IMG/VR virus record: IMGVR_UViG_3300044715_001755 | Length of the DNA: 64,000 nt | Source of the DNA: an uncultured virus (IMG/VR IMGVR_UViG_3300044715_001755) | Lineage: Duplodnaviria; Heunggongvirae; Uroviricota; Caudoviricetes | Direction: 5' to 3' (one strand) | Part shown: positions 39,275 through 49,616 of the stretch, in pieces | Layout: each line of letters begins with the position of its first letter | Position numbering within the stretch: position 1 is the stretch's first letter | Notes under the pieces: generated by a model | Seen by the model: the letters and a program-made list of their open reading frames with translations, nothing else | What the model was told of the DNA's origin: nothing | Databases searched by the model: none | Position numbers and translations under genes: made by a program

Positions 39275-40471
39275 ATGAAAGAATTGAAAAAACAATTTGA
39301 GGATTTTATAGAGGAGAAATGTCCAGGTGCTAAACCTCTTCTTATTGTGATTAGAGGATCACAAGCATATGGAACTGCAACACCAACTTCGGATACGGAT
39401 TATGCTGGTGTTTATATCCAGACGGAATCTGATATCTACGGAACCGCATATAAAGAGCAGATCAACGACTCCAAGAATGACACCGTGTTCTATGAGATCA
39501 AAAGATTTCTGCAGCTCACTGCTTCCAACAATCCAACGATATTGGAACTTCTGAACACACCCGAGGATTGCATTATCTATAAGGATCCAATCTTTGATCT
39601 TATCTTAGAAAGAAAAGACGGGTTCATCTCCAAGGTTTGTGCAAACTCATTTGGAGGCTATGCTATTCAACAGATTAAGAAGGCGAAAGGACAGGACAAA
39701 AAACAAAACTGGGAGAAAGACAAAGTAACAAGAAAAGATGTTTTGGATTTTTGTTATGCGATCGAAGGCGAAAAGTCTATACCTTGGAAAGAATGGAATG
39801 AATTCAAAGGTTACGATGAAAAGTTCTGTGGCGTTGTAAACGTATCCAACGCTAGAGATGTCTATGCTGTTTATTTTGATGGTGATGCTTACTCATGCTT
39901 TTCAGATAAACTTGCTGATGAACACAAAGAATTGAATAAGACAAGGGTTAAAGAATCTGGTAAACCAATGGGTTTGGGGTACAAAGGTCTCGTAAAAACT
40001 GGGGAAGGCGCAAATGCAGCTGAATCAAACCAGTTACGCCTCTCTTCTATTCCTAAGAGTGAAACACCTATTTGTAACATCATTTACAATAAGGACGGCT
40101 ACACCATGCACTGTAAAGATTACAACTCTTATCAGGAGTGGTTAACTAACAGAAACGAACAGAGATGGGTGGATGTTGAATCACATGGACAGAAAATCGA
40201 CGGTAAGAATATGATGCACTGCAAGAGACTCCTGGAAATGTCGATTGAAATTGGTAGAGGTGAAGGCATCATAGTTAGAAGGCCGAATGCGCAGGATCTA
40301 TTGGCCATAAGAAGAGGAGAGGTTGATTTGAAAACTCTGATTGACGAGTCCGAGAAAATGATTAGAGATCTTGATTCAGTCTTTGCTGACTCAAATCTTC
40401 CCGACTCTGTGGATCCAGGTTTAGTTCATGACATCCTGGTAGACATCAGAAGAAAATTTTATTCAAAATAA
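39275..40471 (+). CDS. Pol-beta-type nucleotidyltransferase (RlaP / T4 NrdC.11-like)
   Basis: RGSQAYGTATPTSDTDYAGVY, YEIKRF, NPTILELL, KNMMHCKRLL, LLAIRRGE. Confidence 0.8.
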   Translation: MKELKKQFEDFIEEKCPGAKPLLIVIRGSQAYGTATPTSDTDYAGVYIQTESDIYGTAYKEQINDSKNDTVFYEIKRFLQLTASNNPTILELLNTPEDCIIYKDPIFDLILERKDGFISKVCANSFGGYAIQQIKKAKGQDKKQNWEKDKVTRKDVLDFCYAIEGEKSIPWKEWNEFKGYDEKFCGVVNVSNARDVYAVYFDGDAYSCFSDKLADEHKELNKTRVKESGKPMGLGYKGLVKTGEGANAAESNQLRLSSIPKSETPICNIIYNKDGYTMHCKDYNSYQEWLTNRNEQRWVDVESHGQKIDGKNMMHCKRLLEMSIEIGRGEGIIVRRPNAQDLLAIRRGEVDLKTLIDESEKMIRDLDSVFADSNLPDSVDPGLVHDILVDIRRKFYSK

Positions 40472-40506
40472 ACGGATAATTCCGGTACAAATACAATACA
40501 ATAGAT

Positions 40507-40995
40507 ATGACAAACAGAAATTACAGGATGTATGGTATGGTTAACTATCAGTTATCCGATATTCAGAAAGGAATCCAATTCGGACATGCAGTAGTAGAAT
40601 ATGCAAACGATTATTTCCATGACGAGGAATACCAGCAGTGGGCCAAAAATGATAAGACCTTCATTATCCTAAATGGTGGAACCACTAACAACACTAGACT
40701 AAAAGAGGGAACCCTTAATCTTTACCTCATTGAAGTGATAGAGCAAGGTATACCTGTTGGCGAGTTTAGCGAGCCCGACCTGGGCGACCAGCTCACAGCA
40801 TTCGTTTTCCTGGTAGATGACCGAGTATTTGACAAAGAGGCTTGGCCAGATTATGCAGGGGGATATTATGCTGACATGAGAACTCCTATTGCGGAGGATT
40901 ATTACAATTGGAAAATGAAGTTCGCTGAGACAGAAAAAGAAGCTGACCGTATTATTTGGCTTAGATCTTTTTTGAAAAATTTTAAATTGGCTTAA
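40507..40995 (+). CDS. peptidyl-tRNA hydrolase 2-like phage protein
   Basis: LSDIQKGIQFGHA, KTFIILNGG, FSEPDLGDQLTA. Confidence 0.6.
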   Translation: MTNRNYRMYGMVNYQLSDIQKGIQFGHAVVEYANDYFHDEEYQQWAKNDKTFIILNGGTTNNTRLKEGTLNLYLIEVIEQGIPVGEFSEPDLGDQLTAFVFLVDDRVFDKEAWPDYAGGYYADMRTPIAEDYYNWKMKFAETEKEADRIIWLRSFLKNFKLA

Positions 40996-41004
40996 TAAAC
41001 AAAT

Positions 41005-41730
41005 ATGAATAAACTAGGAACAGATTTTAGAAAATTCGCAAGATCGAATGGTATAGCTTCCACGACGTTGGACAGCTTCCAAAATTCTTTAACCCCATAT
41101 ATTCTAGAGGAGAGAGAAATGAGGGCAACCCAAATGGACATCTTCTCCCGATTGATGATGGAGAGAATCCTCTGGGTCTCTGGGGAGGTTGACGATAGGA
41201 TGTCTGATATAGTTCAGGCCCAATTATTATTCTTAGACTCCGTTGACAACAAGGACATCACTTTATACATCAATTCTCCAGGTGGCTCTGTCCTTCATGG
41301 ATTGGGCATAGTGGATTTAATGAACTACATTAAGTCTGATGTGGCAACAACGAATATCGGGATGTGTGCCTCCATGGGATCCATCCTCCTATCATCAGGC
41401 ACAAAGGGCAAAAGGTCTTCTCTTATACATTCTAAGGTTATGACGCACCAGGTTAGCCACGGTACACATGGCAACGTGCAGGACACTAGAATCGACCAGA
41501 TGGAAGCGGAGAAGTACAACTACATTCTCTTCAAGATGCTAGCTAAGAATTCTGGAAAAACATTCGAAGAGGTTTTAGAATTCTCAAGAAGAGACAGGTG
41601 GTACACCTCAGATGAGGCTTTGGAATTCGGTTTGATTGACGAAGTGGTAGGAAGAACAAAGGACATTAACATCACTCAGATGCTAAAAGGATTTGATGCT
41701 TACTACAAAAAAGAAGTTTTAGATAAGTAA
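41005..41730 (+). CDS. clpP: ATP-dependent Clp protease proteolytic subunit
   Basis: MDIFSRLMMERI, AQLLFL, LYINSPGGSV, CASMGS (Ser), MTHQ (His), RDRW (Asp). Confidence 0.95.
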   Translation: MNKLGTDFRKFARSNGIASTTLDSFQNSLTPYILEEREMRATQMDIFSRLMMERILWVSGEVDDRMSDIVQAQLLFLDSVDNKDITLYINSPGGSVLHGLGIVDLMNYIKSDVATTNIGMCASMGSILLSSGTKGKRSSLIHSKVMTHQVSHGTHGNVQDTRIDQMEAEKYNYILFKMLAKNSGKTFEEVLEFSRRDRWYTSDEALEFGLIDEVVGRTKDINITQMLKGFDAYYKKEVLDK

Positions 41731-41732
41731 GC

Positions 41733-42146
41733 ATGGCGAGCAAGAAGGACAGGGAGATTATCAAGAATAAGTTTGGTGGCAAGTGTGCCTACTGTGGTGA
41801 GGATTTACCCGAGAGGGGCTGGCACGTCGATGAGGTGATGCCAGTTAGAAGAAACTACTACTATGATCGGGGTAAGGGTAAACACGTGCAAAGCAAAAAG
41901 AACCCGATGCGTCACCCCGAAAGGATGCACATCGACAACCAATTCCCTGCTTGTGCTCAGTGCAATATCAACAAGCACGATTTTAGTTTGGAGGAATTCA
42001 GAAAAGCTATTCTCGGTTACATGAAACATCTAAACGAGAGAAACACTCAGTATAAGATGGCCAAGAAATATGGACTTGTTAAAGAGGACATAGCACCCAT
42101 AGTTTTTCATTTTGAAAAGTATCAGGGAAACTCCGGAGTTAATTAA
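41733..42146 (+). CDS. HNH endonuclease
   Basis: CAYCG, WHVD, N.FPACAQCNINK. Confidence 0.8.
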   Translation: MASKKDREIIKNKFGGKCAYCGEDLPERGWHVDEVMPVRRNYYYDRGKGKHVQSKKNPMRHPERMHIDNQFPACAQCNINKHDFSLEEFRKAILGYMKHLNERNTQYKMAKKYGLVKEDIAPIVFHFEKYQGNSGVN

Positions 42147-42158
42147 TAGATTAGCAGA

Positions 42159-45100
42159 ATGAAAGTTGGAACAATAGTACAGTGTATAGATGATAGGTAT
42201 CCAGAAAAGGTTTATATGCACTGTCTAAACGCACCGAAGTTTGGGGAACACTACACGATCCGTGAGATTATCAATTCAGGCAAGGTCGGACTCCTCCTGG
42301 TTGAGATTATAAACCCAAATATTAAAGGAACACTCAATGGTGTTGGGGTATTTGCAGAGCCCCAGTGGTTAGCAAGTAGATTCAGGGAAGTAGAGGGGCT
42401 TGATGATCTAGTAGCAGAACTGATAGAAGAGTCAATATATGCCGAAGCTTAGAAAGACAGCGTCCACGTTCTTCCTTCACCTAGAAACAAAACGGTATTT
42501 AATGAGTAATATTTCAGTGAAGCTTTACTAAAACTAAGTAAGACAGTAATAGATCTAAATTATAGCAAAGATTAAAAGTGCCAAATAAAATATTCGAAAA
42601 TGTCAAGTAAGATAAAAATAAAAAATACAGGGGAAAAAAAATCCAAGAATATCTGTGATAATTACATCCCAGATTTTGTTAAAAAATACGAGTTAGAGAA
42701 GACGAAAGTTTCCACGTATTCCATTCACATAACTGAGGATTGCGTTTTTACCAAAAAGAACGACTACTATCAAGTTACCGAATGGGGAAACGGAGAAGGA
42801 TACGATCTCTTTGTTGACAAGGCTAACGGGGGAAGCCAAAGTATTTCCCTGCATCATGCAGAAATAGGTATTTTTCTAAAACTTCTAATGGAAGCCGGAG
42901 CGATAACAGATGGGATATTATTAAATGATACGGAGCTAGATAACTGATATGAAAATAAGCGAGGATAAAAGGGAGCTTACCCTTAAGGAGGCTTCGGAAA
43001 AATACGGAAAGAAGAAGGAGAAAACCTTAGGTATTCCTTTCCGTAAGATATTTGATATTATGATCTGGGACGAGCTATATCCGGTTTACGATATAGAAGG
43101 ATATGAGCACGAATACGGAAAACAGAACGGGTGTCCAACAACTTGGTGGCTCGATCACAGCAAGGCTGATCCAGAAACTGGCGTGAAAGAGGAAAGACCT
43201 TTAGCTCCCTATATAGATAAAGGGGTCCATAGAATTTGCTGGGGTGTGAATTACACTCAGGGAAACACAACAAAGCACAAGTGGGGAGAATTGAATCTCC
43301 GATTCTCTGGGGTTTGCAAAATAACAGCAAACGGAAAGGAGGTTTACACTATCAGAAACTGGGATCTTAATTCAGCATTAATGAGTGCTCAAGCAATTAT
43401 AGAAAAAATAATTTCACACCCATACAACTTCCTTGATCCAGAAAAGGAAAGGGGTAGAAAGATATGGTACTATAACTTACCAGCAACGGTTTCACCAGGA
43501 CACGAGCCAGGTGAGATCAGTATATATCCAGATTTTTCATATATGACTCCGGAGCTATGGTGGTCCGAATTGGGAAGAAGAAAAACTAAGGTGACCCCGA
43601 TTAATTGGGAAGAGATTAAAAAAGACGAGCATGCACTTATATCCGGATCTGGTGATGAAGAGTTGGACTGGGAAAGAAACGATATAGAAGAGTCCAGAGA
43701 TTATGGTAGTATAAATCACGGAGATGCTTTTTGGGATGGAAATATATGGTGGTTCAGAGACTAAAATCATAATATGAAAATAATACCCTTCTTTGATTTA
43801 ACTTGGACTAAGGACTTTAAACAAATTGCCTTAATACCAACAATATTCCTAACCAAGAGTTACGGAACCAGATACAACTTTGGAATTAACTTTTTATGCT
43901 TTGATTTTGGATTATGGGTACTAATAAGAAAATGACACAGCAGGAAATCATTTCAAGAGTTATTGAATTAGAATCAATTATAACAGATGCGGTGTCCAAA
44001 GGACACAAAGCTCACACCCAAGATGAGTATCAACCATATAGGGAAGAGCTTAACCTATTAAGAAAAAAATTAATGCCATGAGTGAAATAAAAGTTCTTGA
44101 AGATTTAAGTAGCTATAAGGATTACCTTACTGTTGGAAAATTAAGAAAGTATTTGGAGCAGCACCCAGAACTGCCTGATGATGCGAATGTTTTAATACAA
44201 AGAGTTGAAGATAGGTATTACGAGAAGAATGGATGGGGTGTCGTACTAAAGGAGGGCTATCATTATCAAATGAATAAAACCCATAACATTCGAATGGAAG
44301 AGGAAATTCGTAGAAGAAAGAACGGGGAACACCCGAAGTATGAAACGGAAGACCCGTCAAAACACATCGTGGAATTAGATGACGCAATGAAGGAACAATA
44401 TCATCCAGCCTTCTCTTGTTTGAAATATAAGGACGATGATAACCTTTATATAGATCTACATTATTAACATATGGCTAAGAAAGAACAAAAAATTAAAACT
44501 GAATTTGATAATTTCTGGGGTGATCGCATAAAAGAAATACTAGACGGAAGTCAGGTAGAATCGATAGAGGATTTCGTCTCAAGAGAAATAGAGGAGGCTC
44601 AGCAGCTATCTGAGGTTTCTAATGATCCATCTTACTATCTAGGGAAGGTCTCAGCCTATCAAGATCTAAGGGATCACTTAAATAAAATAATAGAGTATTA
44701 CAACAAAAAATATAGGGACTATAAGGAATTCAGGTTTGATGACCTATCAGATGCTCTAAGAAAAATAGAAATAAAAGACAGACAAGATGCGAGGAATAAA
44801 CGGAATATCTAAGTGGCTGACCTACACAGGATCCACAATCGGAATGATAACTGGGGTCATTGATCACAACTATAGCTATGCAGGTTTTGCTTTCACCACT
44901 TTCATTTGGTGTTTTCTCTATAATGACCTATTAGAAAAAAATGGAATTTGAGAAATTCAAGGAGATAGTAGATCTTCAAGTGGAGCACCATAAGAGGTTA
45001 CACTCTTTATATGATTTAAAGGTTGATCTTTTAGATACCTTTGATGAACTAGAAAGAGTAGTGGAAATGCTATGGAGTGAAATTCTAACAGACGAGGGAG

Positions 45101-45261
45101 CAGATTGGCTTTCGTGGTTCCTTTATGAAAAGGATTACGTATCAGGTAAGCTAAGAGAAGATATGAATGCTTGGGATGGTGAGAAAGAAATCTGTAAGGA
45201 TTTAGAGGGGTTATATGCCTATTTAAAAAATTCAAATTACTTTCTCCTGAAAAATCAATAG
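42159..45261 (+). CDS. hypothetical ORF string (42159-42452, 42600-42947, 42949-43764, 44078-44467, 44471-44812, 44941-45261)
   Basis: co-directional ORFs, no recognisable motifs. Confidence 0.6.
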
Positions 45262-45307
45262 TCCTATTTTTCCGATCTGATATATACAAGAAAAGAATTC
45301 GGAATAA

Positions 45308-46342
45308 ATGGCTTATAGAATACTTCTCAGGAGAGACACCCTTATAAATTGGAATTATAATGAGCCAGTTCTTTTAAGCGGAGAAGCAGGGTTTGTTACA
45401 GACACAGGTAGATTAAAGATAGGAGACGGTCAGAGCAACTGGTCCGCCTTACCTTATCTTAATGTTGGTCTCTCTGAGGTGAATCAGAACATATTGCCTG
45501 CTTTGGATAGAACCTATGATATAGGATCAGATACACTTAGATGGAGAAATGGTTACTTCGGTACAGTTTACACCGACGCTGGAACTATCTATATAGGAAC
45601 AGCTCAGCTATCACAAGCTCCTGGTGGAGGTATTCAAGCAAGCTCTTACACTATAGCTGATCCCAACGGAGGTACCGGTGTTCAATTAGTATTCGAAAAT
45701 GGAACAGTGAGTGTAATAGACTCAAACGGGGTAACTGGTGAATTTGGGCCACAAGGAGTAACTGGTCCTCAAGGTTCTGTAGGAGCCACTGGTCCTCAAG
45801 GTTCTGTAGGAGACACTGGTTCTGTAGGAGCCACTGGTCCTCAAGGTTCTGTAGGAGACACTGGTCCTGTAGGAGCCACTGGTCCTCAAGGTTCTGTAGG
45901 AGCCACTGGTCCTCAAGGTTCTGTAGGAGCCACAGGTTCTGTAGGAGCCACTGGTCCTAGCGGGACCTCTCTCACTACAGGAAGTTGGACTTTATCACCA
46001 GGTGCAAATACTGTTAGTTTTACAGTTACTGCAGGTGAATCATATGTTATGTGGGTGAATGGAAACATTCCAAATGGTATTGTTAATTGGAACGCCACAG
46101 TAACGCTATCAAATACAAACGTACCTGCAATAGGTGTACAGTATGGGTGGTGGTACGATCCTTCCCCTTCAACAACGGGTACTTTAGTTTTAACCGCAAT
46201 ACCAAATCAGATAGTTGGAACTGCGGGAGGTATTAGTACCACAATTTATATGGGATCAACTTCAAATGTATTCACATTTGGTATAACCAATAACAGTGGT
46301 TCATCCCAAATAGTATATTACGGGTACACTAAAGTAAGTTAA
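45308..46342 (+). CDS. collagen-repeat tail-fibre/adhesin-like protein with Mtd/hyaluronidase-type N-terminal domain
   Basis: LRRDT..NW...[19 protein letters not shown]...W..LPY; Gly-X-Y run; GATATATA at 45279. Confidence 0.75.
   Translation: MAYRILLRRDTLINWNYNEPVLLSGEAGFVTDTGRLKIGDGQSNWSALPYLNVGLSEVNQNILPALDRTYDIGSDTLRWRNGYFGTVYTDAGTIYIGTAQLSQAPGGGIQASSYTIADPNGGTGVQLVFENGTVSVIDSNGVTGEFGPQGVTGPQGSVGATGPQGSVGDTGSVGATGPQGSVGDTGPVGATGPQGSVGATGPQGSVGATGSVGATGPSGTSLTTGSWTLSPGANTVSFTVTAGESYVMWVNGNIPNGIVNWNATVTLSNTNVPAIGVQYGWWYDPSPSTTGTLVLTAIPNQIVGTAGGISTTIYMGSTSNVFTFGITNNSGSSQIVYYGYTKVS
45728..45966 (+). repeat. collagen-coding tandem repeat (9/18/27-bp units, e.g. GGTCCTCAAGGTTCTGTAGGAGCCACT)
   Basis: near-identical DNA units encoding GPQGSVGAT. 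Confidence 0.9.
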
Positions 46343-46386
46343 TTTGAGTCTCGTGCCAATAAATCAAAATACGGATTATAAACAAC

Positions 46387-47250
46387 ATGGCAACAGCAAG
46401 ACCCTTCGCATATAACACAGGTTCAGCAATAGCTGGAACAGAACAAGTTGGAAGTATCGCAATTGGTACACCAACAAGTGGTTTCGAATCCACAGGATTA
46501 CAGTGGTGGAACGGTCCTGACGAAGATTTAGGTTATGTTATTGCTCATACCGTACCATCAGGAACACAACCAAATCCTCTTGGGGTTCCTGCCTATATTG
46601 GTTTTTGGAGAACACCAAGTAAAACAGATAATAACTTTATTAGTTTATCACAGTATGTCTCAAGCTTTGCTGGTACACCACAAACATTTGCAAATGCATC
46701 CGCGGCTAAGACATGGTTAAACTCAGCAGGATATTGGACATCCTGGGATTTAAGTTATACTGCAGGAGTATTTAAAACAACTTATAGCGGGTACTTTAAT
46801 GATAATGTTAATTTCTTTGCAACTGCAACTCCTGCATCAGTAGGTGGAAATCCTGCGACTTCAGTACAAACCACCGAGATAACAGAACCACCTACCTCTG
46901 ACGGTGAGAATTTCAGTTGTCAATGGTTAGGATATTTTAAACCGACGACCACGCAAACATATACATTTTACACATCTTCTGACGATGCGTCGTATGTGTG
47001 GATAGGTAATAATACCATATCAGGATTTACTACGACAAACTCAACAGTTAATAACGGTGGATTACACGGGACACAAGAACGTTCAGGTTCTATTGCATTA
47101 ACTGCTGGTACATATTATCCGTTACGAATACAATTTGGAGAATTAAGTGGTGGTGATGTAATGACTTTTAGTTACTCAACTCCAACAATTGCAAAAACAA
47201 CCACCGTAACAGGTTTAATTTTTTATAATTTGGCAACAAACGGATTTTAA
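46387..47250 (+). CDS. PA14/GLEYA carbohydrate-binding domain structural protein
   Basis: NFSCQWLGYFKP...TYTFYTSSDDASYVWIG...NNGGLHG...YYPLRIQFGE..GGD. Confidence 0.8.
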   Translation: MATARPFAYNTGSAIAGTEQVGSIAIGTPTSGFESTGLQWWNGPDEDLGYVIAHTVPSGTQPNPLGVPAYIGFWRTPSKTDNNFISLSQYVSSFAGTPQTFANASAAKTWLNSAGYWTSWDLSYTAGVFKTTYSGYFNDNVNFFATATPASVGGNPATSVQTTEITEPPTSDGENFSCQWLGYFKPTTTQTYTFYTSSDDASYVWIGNNTISGFTTTNSTVNNGGLHGTQERSGSIALTAGTYYPLRIQFGELSGGDVMTFSYSTPTIAKTTTVTGLIFYNLATNGF

Positions 47251-47302
47251 AAACTAAAACTTATTAATTTATTTCTTCAATTTTTATTTAAAATTAATAA
47301 GA

Positions 47303-49096
47303 TTAAGCCATATTACTAGAAGATCTATTCAATCCAAGAGCTGCTAGCTCGTTAGATGACATATAAGAATTGAATTCTTTTCTGTTATCGTTCCAGAATT
47401 TAACAGCTACTTCCGCGTTCTTTTCAGGATCGTGCACATTTGCTGCAGTCAAACCATATTTCTTGCCATATCCAGAGTTTGGATCTAGAGCGAAAAGGCC
47501 CTTGTATCTATTGTTTCCTGAGTTAGGATTGAACCCAGATTCCTGAGACGCCACTGCTGCTAAGAAATCAAGAGGGAAAACGTTTGCATACTTTTGAAGT
47601 ATCGCTTTTATTTCAGGATGCTTTGGTAAATCTCTTCTGCCTCTTTCTAGCATTTGGTCGAATTTCTTCTTCTGATACTCTGTAAATAATTTAGCAACTA
47701 GCTGGTCGTTACCTTGGTCATAAGCTGCTTTTATTCTAGTCTTATATTCACCATCCCATCCTCTATTTCCAACGTTCCCCTTTATGTGGTTACTTTTGCC
47801 TTCCCATCCTCTCATGAACCATTGTTTTCCGTTAGATGAGAATTCCGGTTTAGAACCCAAAGCAACTTTCAAAAGCTCAGCAGCTCCAGCAGATCCTTGG
47901 TTGTGTGATAACCAATAAACCCAAGAGGTCTCGCCATCACCCAAACTGGTGTCACCTATAATAACATCAGAGCCTGCCATGTCTTGGCTTCCCTGTACTA
48001 CTTTACTGAGGTCTTTTCTGCTGAATCCATTCTCTCTTAATCTAGCGATCAAAGAGGAAAGGAAAGCTAGATCCATTACTGATCCTTCACCAGCTACGTT
48101 GTATTTTTGTTTAAAATCAGATACGGATCTCGCAGTCTCAGGACCGTATAGACCATCTGCACCGTGTATAGGTAGATCAAAGCCTAGGAACTTAAGTCCT
48201 ATCTGAACTCTTTCCACCATAGGATCGTATACGTAATTTGATGGACTCTGTTTGGTTTTGGTTTCGTTATTGTTGATAGCATTCTGTATGACATCATAGA
48301 ATTCCCTCGTGCTAGCATCTGTATCCAGACCCTGTATGATTTCTCCGCTTTCGATGTCTTCTGCTTGAACAGGAATTTCTCCTTTAATCACGCCATCTAT
48401 AAACTCTGTTAGCTTTTCCATCTCTGGTGTACTTTTACTAAGAGGCTCTGCGAACTTATCTTTTCCTTTTTTAATACCTATTTTAACAGGCAATCTATCA
48501 AATCCTAACTTGTCCCATAGTTCCTTATAATATTCATTTATCTCCGAGGGTTCCTGAACTGTAGCGCCGTTTTCTATATTTCCACTCTCCCACATCCATG
48601 TAGGCATTTCTGCTTTATCCTCTGTGTTATAACCCCAACCGCTTCCGGGAATTATGAAAAATTTAGAGGCATTAGGGAATATCCTCTTTAACTCGATCTT
48701 AATATCCTTAGCATCTTCTAGCATCTGCTCAGAATATTGATACTTGTCACCCAAACCAAGGGAAAGAAAAACATACGGCATATCCGGATGTTGGTCTTTA
48801 TACTGCTCTATCATTTTCAGATAGTCCGGAGTAGAGATATTACCAGAAGACCATATTCCTGATTTTATTTCGTCTCCGTTTACACTTCCGGCCCTTGTCC
48901 CCCCGTCGAATATTCTAGCTATTATGCTATTGAAAAAAGAAGCGAGATTATCACCTACTACTGCCGCCTTCGGTCTATTAGAGGATGTTTCGTTTAACGC
49001 CTTAAAGGAACGAAATCCTTCTATTCTTCCCTCGTTTACTCTTTTTTCTGACGAGATCTTGAAGAATCTACTAAAATTTAACAAATGTTTTTCCAT
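47303..49096 (-). CDS. lytic transglycosylase (SLT) with peptidoglycan-binding domain and CTS-like N-terminus
   Basis: VERVQIGLKFLGF...ADGLYGPETARSVSDFKQ; LAAVASQESGFNP...YKGLFAL...DPEKN. Confidence 0.8.
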   Translation of the reverse strand: MEKHLLNFSRFFKISSEKRVNEGRIEGFRSFKALNETSSNRPKAAVVGDNLASFFNSIIARIFDGGTRAGSVNGDEIKSGIWSSGNISTPDYLKMIEQYKDQHPDMPYVFLSLGLGDKYQYSEQMLEDAKDIKIELKRIFPNASKFFIIPGSGWGYNTEDKAEMPTWMWESGNIENGATVQEPSEINEYYKELWDKLGFDRLPVKIGIKKGKDKFAEPLSKSTPEMEKLTEFIDGVIKGEIPVQAEDIESGEIIQGLDTDASTREFYDVIQNAINNNETKTKQSPSNYVYDPMVERVQIGLKFLGFDLPIHGADGLYGPETARSVSDFKQKYNVAGEGSVMDLAFLSSLIARLRENGFSRKDLSKVVQGSQDMAGSDVIIGDTSLGDGETSWVYWLSHNQGSAGAAELLKVALGSKPEFSSNGKQWFMRGWEGKSNHIKGNVGNRGWDGEYKTRIKAAYDQGNDQLVAKLFTEYQKKKFDQMLERGRRDLPKHPEIKAILQKYANVFPLDFLAAVASQESGFNPNSGNNRYKGLFALDPNSGYGKKYGLTAANVHDPEKNAEVAVKFWNDNRKEFNSYMSSNELAALGLNRSSSNMA

Positions 49097-49164
49097 ATTC
49101 CTTATATATCCTACGGTGATTTGAAATAATTTTACTCATATAAACTAAAAAGTTCTAAAATATT

Positions 49165-49386
49165 ATGGCAGATTTTTGTACTAAGTGTCATCACGAACAC
49201 GGCTTTCCAGGTAATCCAGGTATCGACGTAGAAAATATTTTCGAGTCACTCGAAGAGGGATATATGATGAACGTTGGCATTTGTGAGGGGTGTGGAATAG
49301 TAGCTGTTGCTAAGAGAAACGACCAGTGTATAGTGGCTAGAGAATCCACAGTTGATAGTTTCGTTTGGGATCCGTATGAGGATTAA
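49165..49386 (+). CDS. small Zn-finger-like protein
   Basis: FCTKC...ICEGCG. Confidence 0.6.
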   Translation: MADFCTKCHHEHGFPGNPGIDVENIFESLEEGYMMNVGICEGCGIVAVAKRNDQCIVARESTVDSFVWDPYED

Positions 49387-49562
49387 CCCCCGTTAATAGG
49401 CCACTTACCAATTTTCTTAAGGTAAGCAATTGCTGCATTTCCCTGATCCGCAAATGGATCGAATTCATGCCCTAAATGTTCTTTCGGTAGATTGATTTCT
49501 CCACTAGCAGCTTTCAATCTATCTAACTTGTCTGCAATAGCCTTGATGTATTCATTGTTCAT
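49383..49562 (-). CDS. 59-aa hypothetical protein (not in ORF track)
   Basis: MNNEYIKAIADKLDRLKAASGEINL...KWPINGG; GGATATAT motif just upstream on minus strand. Confidence 0.55.
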   Translation of the reverse strand: MNNEYIKAIADKLDRLKAASGEINLPKEHLGHEFDPFADQGNAAIAYLKKIGKWPINGG

Positions 49563-49616
49563 GCTATAATATATCCGGCCAGCGAAATAAAAGGAGGATA
49601 GCTGTCTAAAATAAGT

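Noticed and set aside
40473..40493. Further CGG-type promoter before 40507
   Set aside because: CGG-to-TA spacing fits but the box (TACAAATA) lacks TTTG
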